Below, piece by piece: positions 12,208-22,460 of a stretch of 52,170 nt of DNA. The notes under the pieces were generated by a model. The model searched no databases, was not told where the DNA came from, and was given only the letters and a program-made list of their open reading frames with translations. The position numbers and the translations under genes are program-made. How positions within the stretch are numbered: position 1 is the stretch's first letter; the number at the start of each line of letters is the position of its first letter. The stretch is from Folioceros fuciformis (Eukaryota). The stretch is taken from assembly GCA_049999805.1 (NCBI GenBank), contig JBNGIO010006164.1, forward strand, positions 89,769 through 141,938, in the 5' to 3' direction.

Positions 12208-14638
12208 ATGGCCACAGTGTGGCAGCCGGATCCGGTCTGGACCCAACAAATTGGTGTGTCTCCAGGAGTGTACGAGGAGCCCTCGCTGAGCCCACCTTGG
12301 AGGTGTGGCCGTGGCAAAGAACCAGGTGTCCAGGTGCAGCAGTGCACCAAGCCCAGCAGCTGCTCCACTTGCCAGGAACTCTGTGCGTTGGGGCCAATTT
12401 GGCACTGATGGGGCTCGCGAGGTGCAGGAGTACGTGTGGCAACAATTCTTTCTGGACCCTACCCTGTGGTGGGACGACAGACGAGATAAGAAGAGCTCCT
12501 GTGCACCTGACTTCCGGCGTAAGGAATCCAGCGAGGGCCTGGGGTTAAAAGCGTGCTCAAGCCAGCCTGGGTCGATGAGCAACTCTTGTCCTTGGATATG
12601 CACGTGGCTCAAGGTGCCTCTCCTTCCAAGTCCAGGTCTGTGGGTAATACTGAACCTGGCAGGAGTGCAGGATCGGAAATGGGCGCCGTAACGGCTGTAA
12701 CCGTGCACACGTCACGCCAGCAGGGGAAGCTCTCTGAGGCCGTTGGAGCTTTGGAATCTCTGGCGCAAGCAGACCCTGCTACCTCGCATTCTCTGGTCTA
12801 CGCTGTTCTGAAACTGCGCACAGCTAAGAAGGACCTGGTTATGGGGCGACGAGTTCATGACCTCGTTGTCCGACTTGGTTACGAGTCGGATCCTTACTTG
12901 GGGAACCATATATTGCGCATATACGTATGCATCTGGAGGTAGGCTGCAGGCGGCCATGGATGTGTTCACCAGGGTGGGGAAGCCAAATGTGTTCATGTGG
13001 TTTTCCATAATCTCTTCACATGCCAAACACGGCAAACCTCATGAGGCCATACGACTGTACCATGAGATGCGCAGGTCAGGAGTGAAGGCGGATGGCCACG
13101 TCTTCGTAGCTGTCCTTCGAGCTTGTGCATTCGCTGCTGACTTGGAGTCTGGCAGGAGAGTGCACCGCGATGTGTTTGCACAGCGGCATTCCTCCCGACT
13201 TGTTCGTTGAAAACTGCCTTCTGAACATGTATTATCAAGTGTAAAGCACTGGGAGATGCACGCCGCGTTTTTGGCAGTTTGGGCACCAAGGATGTGGTGA
13301 CATGGAACACCCTCATAGCGGGGTATGCACAGCAAGGACTTGGCCGAGAGGCGCTTGTTGTGTATGGACAAATGGAGCAGGAGGGCCTCATCACGGCCGA
13401 CCATGTCACTTTCGCTTGCCTTCTCAAGGCCTGTGCAAGCACGGGTGCCTTACAGCAGGGCAGGCAGCTGCACTCACTCATTGTGGAAAGGGGGCAGCTG
13501 GACACAATGTTGGGCAACTGCCTGGTGGACATGTATGCAAAATGTGGTGACCTGGAACGTGCACGCCACGTTTTCGAAAGCTTGGCCACAAAGGATGTGG
13601 TGACCTGGACGGCACTGATTGATGGGTATGTGAAGCAAGGGCTGGGGCATGAGGCACTTGTTGTGTATGGACGCATGGAGCAGGAGGGCCTGAGCAGATC
13701 TAACCATTTCACTTTTTCTTGCCTCCTGAAGGCGTGTGCAAGCACTGGCGCCTTGCAGATGGGCAAGCATTTGCACTCACAGATTGTGGGAAAAGGGTAG
13801 CTGGATATTGTGTTGGCCAACAGCCTGGTGGACATGTATGCGAAATGTGGTGAAATGGAAGCTGCACGCCAGGTTTTTGACAGCTTGGCCAGGAAGATGT
13901 GGTGACATGGACCACCATGATATGTGGGTATGCACAGCAAGGACTGGGCCAGGAGGCGCTTGGTCTTTTCGGACAGAGATGGAGCAGAAGGGCCTAATTT
14001 TGGCTGATGATGTGACTTTTGTTTGCCTTCTGAAGGCGTGTGCAAGCACTGGTGCCTTGCAGGCGGGCAGGCAGCTGCACTCGCTGATTGTGGAAAGAGG
14101 TCAGCTGGACATAAAGTTGGGCAACTGCCTGCTGGACATGTATGCAAAGTGTGGCGAACTTGGAGATGCTCGCCAGGTCTTCGACAGCTTGGGCTCCAAG
14201 GATGTGGTGACATGGAATGCCCTCATAGCTGGGTATGCACAGCAAGGTCTGGGTCAGGAGTCGCTCCTCCTGTACGGACAGATGGAGTAGGATGGGCTGA
14301 TTTCGGCTAACCCTGTGACTTTTTCTTGCCTGCTGAAGGCCTGTGCAAGCACCGGCGCGTTGCAGAAGGGCAGGGAGCTGCACTCACAGATCGTCGAAAG
14401 AGAAATGCTGGATAACATCGTGTTGGGCAACTGCCTGGCGGACATGTACGCCAAATGTGGCGAACTGGAAGTTGCACGCCAGGTTTTCGACAGCTTGGCG
14501 TCAAAGAACGTGGTGACATGGAATGCCTTGACAGACGGGTGTGGTTCTAGGGTTGAACACAGGGACATCGTTGTGAGGGACGGCTACCGCGTGGATCGAT
14601 TGGCAGCTGGTAGTTGCACTTGTAAGAGTCGACCGTGA
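12208..14638 (+). pseudogene. Pseudogene of a GRP-type PLS-DYW:KP PPR gene (PDF motif, PPR array, truncated DYW tail)
   Basis: Colinear with paralogues at 19478 and 22461 from MATVWQPDP onward, but split across frames (shifts near 12550, 12925, 13180-13245 and 13890-13975). In-frame TAG at 13798 and 14288. The last PPR is joined directly to the DYW tail RDIVVRDGYRVDRLAAGSCTCKSRP*. Confidence 0.9.
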
Positions 14639-15072
14639 CGTGAGAGGACACATCCCTATTGCACACCGTTGGTAATAATATTTCTCTTAAGAGCCCAGCC
14701 TGGTGTGACATATTAGTGGAATGAACAGGACGTTTTCGTTTCTTTCTTCGACACGCAGTGAAAAGACGAGCTTTCAAGTCACAGGAGGCTTGATCTCGCC
14801 TATCAATCGGCCCGACGGTCGGGACCAGGGCCTGATCGAGATTAGATGGCGTATTAGACTTCACAAAAGGCATGCCACGTTACGTGACAAACATGCAAGA
14901 GTAGTGGGCGACGACCCTGACAAGTGGAGCATCCATGGGATACATCTTGTTGCTAGCTTCTAGAGGACAACACCTGGAGGTCCGTGGCGTAGGTTTTCCG
15001 CCCCGAGAAGGTGTGGATGGCAATGCCAGCGGCTGTGCAAGATGCCTTTACATCGTGTTGCCCAATGGACTC

Positions 15073-17616
15073 TCAACACCGATCTCTGCATGAACAAGCC
15101 CCGTCCAAGAACCGATGCACTCGATGCGAATCTCGCACCACGATCTCCCGCTTCTCAAGCCGTGACATGATTTTGGTGCTGCTGTGGCAGTCGTTGCACA
15201 TGCGCAGATTCTTGGTCACTACCAAAGTTGTGCCATCCGGTGTGCTCAGCAGACCATACGCCAAGGCCAGTTTCTCTGCATGCCCACACAGCGCATCCTC
15301 TTTCTCCTGCTCCGATACGGCCCTCAACACTAATTCTGTTTGTGGCACGTGGCCCCCTTCATCCTTCAACCTGGAGCTCATACTTGTTAGCGTTCCCAAA
15401 ATGTCAGCCCTCTTCTCCCCAACAGTGAACTCGTGCACCTCGTTCTTCACTTCGATGCACGCCTTTGCAGGCTTCTTCACGGCACCTGCTGCCTTTCTCA
15501 AGCTTTCTATTGTATCAACAGCATCCCACCAGCCTGCTTTGGCATACATGCTACCCAACAACACATAGGCACTTGCATTTTCTGGTTCCAGCTCTACAAG
15601 ATGCTCGAAGCATCGATGCCCACGCTTTACATCACCGTGGCTTTTGCAAGCACTCAGCAACGCTTTCCAGCCCACGGCCACATTCATATAGGAGAGAGTT
15701 TGCAGAATATTTTCAGCCTCAGCCAGATAACCTGACCGACCAAGGAGACTGACCATGCAGCTATAGTGATACTCAGTGGGCGTGATTCCATGTTCCTCGA
15801 TCATCATCCTGAAATAACGCAGGCCCTCACGTACCAGGCCTGCATGACTACATGCCACGAAAAGACAGGTGAAACTTGTTTCGTCTGGTTGGATTCCTTG
15901 CTGAAGCATCTCTTGGAAACACTGAATTGCCCTTTGACCATCTCCGTGTTCAGCATACCCATTGAGCATCGCTGTCCATGTCACCAGATTTTGGGTGGCC
16001 ATCTTGTCAAACACTTTTCGGGCGTCTTCTAAACTACCGCATTTGGAGTACATGTCCACCAGGCAGCTGCCGAGGAGCACATCATCTTCCAAACCAGCTT
16101 GCTGGATCTGCCTAGCAAGCTGCTTCCCCTGCTGGAGGGCACCCACACTGGTACATGCCCGGAGAAGGCACCCAAGGGTGAACGAGTCCAGTGGGGAGAT
16201 ACCCTCCTGCTGCATGCTTGCATACAGATACAGAGCTTCTCGACCCAGATCCTGCTGGGCATACAATGCAACCATAGTAGTCCACATTTCCACATCTCTG
16301 TTGGGGCAAGTGTCAAACACTTTGCGGGCATCCTCCAAGCTCCCGCATTTTGCGTACATATTCACCAGGCAGTTACCGATGGCTACATCACCTTCAAGGC
16401 CTCTTTGTCGAATCTGCGAGTGGAGCTGCTTCCCCTGCTGCAGTTCTCTGACAGCAGCACACGCCTGGAGAAGACAAACAAAAGTCACGCGGTTGGCTGG
16501 ACCGATGCCCTCGTGCTGCATCCTTGCATACAGAGCTAGAGCTTCTGTCCCGAGCCCCTGCTGAGTATATCCATCAATCAGGGCAGTCCATGTCACCACA
16601 TCTCTTGTGGGCATGATTTCAAACACCTCGCGGGCCTCGTTCAAGGCTCCACACTTGGCGTACATGTTCACCAGGCTATTCTTGACAAAAAGATCCGTCT
16701 TGTCCGCACTAGCCTCAACATGTACGTGAACCTCCTTCCCCGACACCAGGTCCCGTGCTGAGGCACAGGCCTTGAGGACTGCCACGAAAACATGGTTATT
16801 AGGCTCCGCACCGAATGCTCGCAATTGCTCATAGAGGTTGATAGCCTGCGTATGCTGCCCGTGTCGGACATGTGCCAGAATGATGGACGCCCACATGTGA
16901 ATGCTGGGAACAGGCACTCGGGAAAAGGCATCAACTGCACCATCCAACCTGCCATGAGAGGAGAACATACCAATGAAGTGGTTGGCCAAGAATGCGTTGG
17001 AACCATGCCCACATTGGAGTGCCAGAGCATGCACGCGCTCACCACAGACGAGATTCTTCTCTGCCATGCACCTCTTGAGGACACGATAAAAGAGGGTGTC
17101 GGAGACGTGGCACTCTCGATGCACCAGGGTGTCCAATGCCTCGACAGCAGCATTCAGCTCTGCCTCTTGGCAACATTTGCTCAGGCTGTGGAACATGGGA
17201 TCGAGTCCAGGTGAGGCACGAGGCCCCCTCATGAGGACATCTAACCTGGCCAGCTGCGCGTCCACCCAAGCCGGCTTCCGAGCGCTGTTGAGCCACAGCG
17301 GCTCCCTGGAGGTTTTGTGCCTGAAGTCGGGATGTGTGGGACCCCTCTTGTCCGGTCTGTTATCCCACCAGTCTGAGGGATCCTGGAAGAATCGGTGCCA
17401 CAGCTGCTCCTGCCGCGTGTCTTCATCTTCATTCCGTTGGGAGGCTTGGCTCCCTTCCACTTGGCCAAGTGCAGGAACCAGGGTTCGGGATGCGACCGGA
17501 TAGCAGCCCGATTTGCCAGCGGCGGCCGCACCACGCACACGTCCACTTGCATCGTAGCCATGGGATCTCTGAATTGCTGGCCTCCCTGGTGTTAAAGGGA
17601 AAGGAAGAGCAGGCAT
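15073..17616 (-). CDS. PLS-class PPR protein with N-terminal OSB-like PDF motif, about 14 PPR motifs, E1/E2 and a DYW:KP domain of DRH-like type (ends CSCRDRC)
   Basis: 847-aa intronless ORF with P-L-S triplets, P2-L2-S2, KKPAKACIEV, GHAEKLALAYG, KNLRMCNDCH and RDSHRVHRF. An additional upstream exon cannot be excluded (CAG immediately precedes the ATG). Confidence 0.93.
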   Translation of the reverse strand: MPALPFPLTPGRPAIQRSHGYDASGRVRGAAAAGKSGCYPVASRTLVPALGQVEGSQASQRNEDEDTRQEQLWHRFFQDPSDWWDNRPDKRGPTHPDFRHKTSREPLWLNSARKPAWVDAQLARLDVLMRGPRASPGLDPMFHSLSKCCQEAELNAAVEALDTLVHRECHVSDTLFYRVLKRCMAEKNLVCGERVHALALQCGHGSNAFLANHFIGMFSSHGRLDGAVDAFSRVPVPSIHMWASIILAHVRHGQHTQAINLYEQLRAFGAEPNNHVFVAVLKACASARDLVSGKEVHVHVEASADKTDLFVKNSLVNMYAKCGALNEAREVFEIMPTRDVVTWTALIDGYTQQGLGTEALALYARMQHEGIGPANRVTFVCLLQACAAVRELQQGKQLHSQIRQRGLEGDVAIGNCLVNMYAKCGSLEDARKVFDTCPNRDVEMWTTMVALYAQQDLGREALYLYASMQQEGISPLDSFTLGCLLRACTSVGALQQGKQLARQIQQAGLEDDVLLGSCLVDMYSKCGSLEDARKVFDKMATQNLVTWTAMLNGYAEHGDGQRAIQCFQEMLQQGIQPDETSFTCLFVACSHAGLVREGLRYFRMMIEEHGITPTEYHYSCMVSLLGRSGYLAEAENILQTLSYMNVAVGWKALLSACKSHGDVKRGHRCFEHLVELEPENASAYVLLGSMYAKAGWWDAVDTIESLRKAAGAVKKPAKACIEVKNEVHEFTVGEKRADILGTLTSMSSRLKDEGGHVPQTELVLRAVSEQEKEDALCGHAEKLALAYGLLSTPDGTTLVVTKNLRMCNDCHSSTKIMSRLEKREIVVRDSHRVHRFLDGACSCRDRC

Positions 17617-18618
17617 CTGATTTCCTTAACAGTTCATAGCTCTGCGACGCTTACTTGCTGTTCAAACCCATCCTTACACGGCCAGAAGCTTTCCCGCTTG
17701 CGAAGCATGCATTGAGAGAACCCTCAGGGGGGTTGGATGAACGCAGGGGCGTTGGATGAAGCATAAGCCCAGCGGTCTCGCCAGACACAGCGGAAATACC
17801 GATCCAGTTTAGGGTTCACGGTCTTCACCGACGGTGCTAGCGTATCCTCGTGTTCGACTTGTTGACAAGTCCACCGCCTCGAGTCCAGAAGTAGTCGAGT
17901 CTGTGTTTTTGTGTCTGCATGAATACAGGCTGATTTCAGTAGCTGAGAGGGATGCAAGTCCTCCAAGGATTCAAAGCTAAAGCCGAAGAAATTCTGCCGT
18001 GGAGCAGGAAGGAACATTTTTTTCACTCTGCGCATGAGCTAACAGGCTTACGGTTAGTTCGAATTGTCCAAGGTGTAGGAAGCCGTCCAATCTGCTTGAC
18101 AATCCGGATTCGAGACCCGTAGTGACATGAAATGTGTTCACAGGAGATGTCCTACAAGGACGGGGGCAATACTCCTTGCGACGAAGTCTGGAGCACCGAA
18201 AGCTTACCGGCCTCATGTTTCCTTCTCCAGATCTCTGATGCCTGCATCTCTGAGGCACAGGGGGACTGAGGAAGCTTGCAAAGTGGCCCGTCTTTCATGC
18301 AGACCAAGGTTTTGGCCGGTGGTGTAGCCGGGCCGGTCCCAGGGCTGTCAAGGAAAGCAACGCCGTTGCCTGGACGAACTGCGCAGCCGCACAGAGCTCC
18401 TCCTCCGCCAGCTCCGTCCCCGGCTCATCTCAGACGACGTTACCACGGCCTCCTGGGGCAGCGAGCACACTATTATTATCATATCAAGGTTGGAGGTGCC
18501 CTATGCTCCGGAACTGTGAATCTTCAAACATTCCACGAATAACAATTATTTATGTAATTAAGTCTGTGTAAGGGCTTGGCAGTACTCAATAGCTGGGCAT
18601 CCTGCCATACCATCGGCA

Positions 18619-18667
18619 GGCAGATTGTATTGTGGGAGGCAGATTGTATTGTGGCCGGCAGATTGTG
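18619..18667. repeat. Short tandem repeat, about 2.5 x 19 bp (GGCAGATTGTATTGTGG)
   Basis: Directly visible. Confidence 0.7.
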
Positions 18668-19006
18668 CGGTTAGACTCGTCTCCCCGTACCAAGCCGTGG
18701 AAATTGGCAGGCAACGCAACCGGACCCGTCGTGAATTCAGCCTCCGAATTGGTGTGTACGAAGATTGTAGAACGAGGCCCCTGGCTCCCGTCACTTCAGG
18801 GCGTGAACCGGCGGCAAACAAAGCCCTAGCCCCAAGTACAGGGTGCAGCAGGGGAAGGAGCCGCGAGAAATGTGTGCAACACGCCTCGCCTAAAGCTGAC
18901 CAGCTTGGGTTTCCGGTCGTGGTGGCCAGTAGTGCATCTTCTTCTAAACGTGTTCAGATATAATTATTTAGCTATTAAATTTAATGTTACGAACCACCCG
19001 TCATCT

Positions 19007-19090
19007 GTCAGGATGGCCGAGTGGTCTAAGGCGCCAGACTCAAGTTCTGGTCTTCGGAAGGGGGCGTGGGTTCAAATCCCACTTCTGACA
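19007..19090 (+). tRNA. trnL-CAA: tRNA-Leu(CAA), intronless, long variable arm
   Basis: Acceptor stem GTCAGGA/TTCTGAC plus discriminator A; A-box TGGCCGAGTGG; anticodon arm CCAGA-CTCAAGT-TCTGG (CAA at 19041-19043); T-arm GTGGG-TTCAAAT-CCCAC; TTTT at 19118-19121. Confidence 0.97.
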
Positions 19091-19130
19091 GGATTGGGTA
19101 GGATGGTTGTCTATAACTTTTCAACCCGAA

Positions 19131-19230
19131 AGGGGTTGTGGGTTTAGATCCCACTACCTATTTCAGGGGTTGTGGGTTTAGATCCCACTGCCTAGGTCAG
19201 GGGTTGTGGGTTTAGTTCCCACTTGCGACA
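19131..19230 (+). repeat. Three tandem 34-bp copies of a tRNA T-arm-like hairpin (AGGGGTTGTGGGTTTAGATCCCACT...)
   Basis: Units start at 19131, 19165 and 19199. Each holds GTGGG-N7-CCCAC, the same stem as the T-arm of the upstream tRNA-Leu. Confidence 0.85.
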
Positions 19231-19477
19231 TAGGTACGGAAGTTGCCCTGGTATTCATTTTTCATGCTTGAGGGAATCTTGGTTCGCTTGAGGTAGGGTA
19301 ATATAGATAGATTTGGACAAATCCTGTATGGCCATGCTCATCCTGTCTTCACAACCTATTCGTCAGTTCATGGTATGAATTCAGGCTTGAGTACAGCGTG
19401 GTGATGCACATCACCCGCCACCATTCCTTGTTGGCCTGCCTCATCGGGCTCTTTTGCTCATCAGGGGTCTGTGAAGG

Positions 19478-21895
19478 ATGGCCACAGCATGGCAACTGGA
19501 CCCCATGACAACCCAACAAAATGGAAATGGTGTGCGGAAAGGGATTCTAGCAGCAGCTCCCGCTCACCTCATCCCAGGAAGTCAAGCTCTGGCCACCAGA
19601 TGCAGCATTGTTAGGACCCCGGCACTCCCACTGCCCAACAAATTCGTGGGTGGAGACGGGCTCTCGACCAATGTCCGACTCCAGGAGCAGAAGCAGGAGC
19701 AGGAGCGCCTGTGGTGTCAACTGTTTCTGGAGCCCACCAGGTGGTGGGACAACAGACGAGAGAAGAAGAGCTCCCGTTCGCCTGACTTTTGGCGTAAGGG
19801 GTCCGGCGAGCTCCTCTGGTTGAACCACACGTTTAAGCCAGCTTGGGTTGATGAGCAGCTGGTCTCCATGGATATGCATATGTGTCATGGCGCCTCTGCT
19901 TCCAAGTCCAGTTCTTGGGATGAGCCTGAACTTGGTAGGTGTGGAGGATCGGGGAGGGGCGTCGTGACGGCTGCAACCGTGAGCAGGTTATGTCAGCAGG
20001 GGAAGCTTTCTGAGGCCGTTGGAGCTCTGGAGTCTCTGGCGCAGACGGATTGTGCCATTTCCCAGTCTCTGTTTTATACAGTCTTGAAACTGTGTACAGC
20101 TAAGAAGGATTTGGCTGTGGGGCGACGAGTTCATGATGTCACTGTCAGACTGGGACATGATACGAATGCATACCTGGGCAACCATATTTTGCGCCTGTAT
20201 GCATCTGGAGGTAGGCTGAAGGAGGCGATGGATGTGTTCACCAGGGTGAGGAAACCGGATGCCTTCATGTGGTCTTCAATAATCTCCGCTCACGCTAAGC
20301 ATGGTAGGCCTGAAGAGGCCGTCCAGCTGTACCATGAGATGCGTAGGTCAGGAGTGAAGGCGGATGCTCACGTCTTCGTAGCTGCTCTTCAGGCCTGTGC
20401 ATTGGCTGCCGACTTGGAATCTGGCACAAAGGTGCACCGTGATGTGGTGCACAGTGGCATCACCACTAACTTGTTTGTTGGCAACTGCCTGGTGGACATG
20501 TATGCAAAGTGTGGCGAGCTGAAAGAGGCACGCCAGGTGTTTGACAGCATGGCTGAAAGGGATGTGGTGACCTGGAATGCCCTGTTAACCGGGTATGCAA
20601 AATGTGGCGAGCTCAGACATGCACGCCAAGTTTTCGACACCATGGCCACGAAGGATGTGGTGACATGGAATGGCCTGATTGCTGGGTATGCACAGCAAGG
20701 ACTTGGCCAAGAGGCGCTTGCTGTGTACCAACGAATGGAGCACGAAGGTGTCGTTGTGGCCAACCATGTTACTTTTGCTTGCCTTCTCAAGGCGTGTGCA
20801 AGCTCCGGTGCCTTACAACAGGGCAGGCAGCTGCACTCACAGATCGTGGAAAGAGGACTGCTGGGTAACCTGCAGGTGGGCAACTGCCTGGTGGACATGT
20901 ATGCAAAATGTGGTGAACTGGGAGGGGCACGCCAGGTCTTTGACAGCATGAAGACGAAGGATGTGGTGACATGGACGGCCCTCATATCTGGGTATGGTGC
21001 ATGTGACCAAGGCGACAAGGCGCTGGCCTGTTTTGAGGACATGTTGGCTGCCGGGATTCAGCCCAACGATGCTACCTTTATTTGCCTTTTGGTAGCGTGC
21101 AGTCATGGTGGGCTGGTGGACCACGGTCGCAAGCTCTTTGGTTGCATGGCTGAACAGCATGGCATCAAACCAAGTATTGAGCATTACAATTGCATGATCG
21201 ATCTCCTTGGGCGTGCAGGCCATTTAGATGAGGCAGAGAACATGCTAGCAGAGGAGATGCGACTATCAGCCCGGGGGGGCCAAAACATTGTCGTGGGATT
21301 GACGTCCTTGTTGAATGCCTGCAAAAGTCACGGGGATCTGGAGAGGGCGATGTGGTGTTTTGAAAGCATTGTTAAGCTTGACCCCCTTGAAGGGCCCGCC
21401 TACGTGCTCATGGCCCATGCCTATGCAGATGCAGGTAGGTGGACCGATGTAGACAGGATCGAAACGCAGAGGAAAGTAGCAGGAGCAAGCAAGAAGCCTG
21501 CAGTGGCCACCATCGAGGTCAATAAGGAAGTGCATAGATTTGTGGTGGGAGACAAAAGAGAGGATATTGCTCTGAAGGTAGAGTGCACGAATGCCCGTCT
21601 GAAGCAGGAGGGAGGCCACGTACCTCACACCAAGTTGGTGTTGAAGCCACTGTCTGAGAAGGAGAAGGAGGATTCGCTTTGTGGGCATGCAGAGAAGCTA
21701 GCTCTGGCGTTCGGTCTGTTGAACACTCCGAGTGGGATACCTCTGGTGGTAACGAAGAATCTGCGCATGTGCAGTGACTGCCACAGTTCCACGCAGATCA
21801 TGTCAAAGCTTGAACAGAGGGACATTGTTGTGAGGGATGCGTATCGTGTGCATAGATTCGCAGCGGGTTGTTGCAGTTGTAAGGGTCGACCGTGA
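19478..21895 (+). CDS. PLS-class PPR protein with N-terminal PDF motif, about 12 PPR motifs (one SS), E1/E2 and a GRP-type DYW:KP domain
   Basis: 805-aa intronless ORF with KKPAVATIEV, CGHAEKLALAFG and KNLRMCSDCH, ending CCSCKGRP. Confidence 0.94.
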   Translation: MATAWQLDPMTTQQNGNGVRKGILAAAPAHLIPGSQALATRCSIVRTPALPLPNKFVGGDGLSTNVRLQEQKQEQERLWCQLFLEPTRWWDNRREKKSSRSPDFWRKGSGELLWLNHTFKPAWVDEQLVSMDMHMCHGASASKSSSWDEPELGRCGGSGRGVVTAATVSRLCQQGKLSEAVGALESLAQTDCAISQSLFYTVLKLCTAKKDLAVGRRVHDVTVRLGHDTNAYLGNHILRLYASGGRLKEAMDVFTRVRKPDAFMWSSIISAHAKHGRPEEAVQLYHEMRRSGVKADAHVFVAALQACALAADLESGTKVHRDVVHSGITTNLFVGNCLVDMYAKCGELKEARQVFDSMAERDVVTWNALLTGYAKCGELRHARQVFDTMATKDVVTWNGLIAGYAQQGLGQEALAVYQRMEHEGVVVANHVTFACLLKACASSGALQQGRQLHSQIVERGLLGNLQVGNCLVDMYAKCGELGGARQVFDSMKTKDVVTWTALISGYGACDQGDKALACFEDMLAAGIQPNDATFICLLVACSHGGLVDHGRKLFGCMAEQHGIKPSIEHYNCMIDLLGRAGHLDEAENMLAEEMRLSARGGQNIVVGLTSLLNACKSHGDLERAMWCFESIVKLDPLEGPAYVLMAHAYADAGRWTDVDRIETQRKVAGASKKPAVATIEVNKEVHRFVVGDKREDIALKVECTNARLKQEGGHVPHTKLVLKPLSEKEKEDSLCGHAEKLALAFGLLNTPSGIPLVVTKNLRMCSDCHSSTQIMSKLEQRDIVVRDAYRVHRFAAGCCSCKGRP

Positions 21896-22460
21896 AAAGC
21901 ACCCTGCTCCTGTGTCTGCCAGAGAATACATGCAAATTGCTCTTGAGCTGAAATTGCTTGGTTCATTCCATTCCTGTCGGAACCGGACTCTGCGTGGCAC
22001 GCAGACTTGGACAGGTAACACTGAAGCACCTCTTCTCTGCCATGACAGGCATATACATGCTGCAAAATCAGAATCCGCCGGAATGTCTCGTCGTTCTGGG
22101 AGGCAGATGGAATTCATCCGTACACTAAGCTAATCACACTAGGGCGGGCACGGATCGGATCGCTCTCTGTCCAAAACTTCGGAGCCGGAATTCAAAGTGC
22201 GGTGGTTCTCTTCCTTGACCCACCAAAGGGTGGTAACGTCGCTGGGTGGGGTGAATCCGGTGGACCTGCCAACGTCGCCTGATAGTAAGCAGGCTTGCCT
22301 CCTTCCCTCAGGGTGGTGTGGACACAGGACGTGGTGGGCATCCTGGCAGGAGGATCCTTTCTTTTGTTGTTACACACTTTCAGTCGTGACACAGAGGGCA
22401 TTGGACATTCTGGCAGGAACATTCTGTTGTCGTTGGATTCGTCTTGCGATTCATCGCGAT

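Noticed and set aside
12993-14213. 406-aa minus-strand ORF and similar antisense ORFs over PPR genes and eIF4A
   Set aside because: Shadow ORFs of GC-rich repetitive coding sequence on the opposite strand.
13798-14290. Idea that the pseudogene's TAG stops are repaired by U-to-C editing
   Set aside because: The gene is nuclear and also has several frameshifts and a large deletion that base editing could not fix.
19131-19230. Regularly spaced palindromic repeats resembling a mini CRISPR array
   Set aside because: Eukaryotic locus, only about 9 nt of similar inter-repeat sequence, no cas genes; the repeats derive from a tRNA T-arm.
22197-22460. 88-aa N-terminal extension of the 919-aa ORF
   Set aside because: Starts at GTG and has no counterpart in the paralogues; homology begins at ATG 22461.
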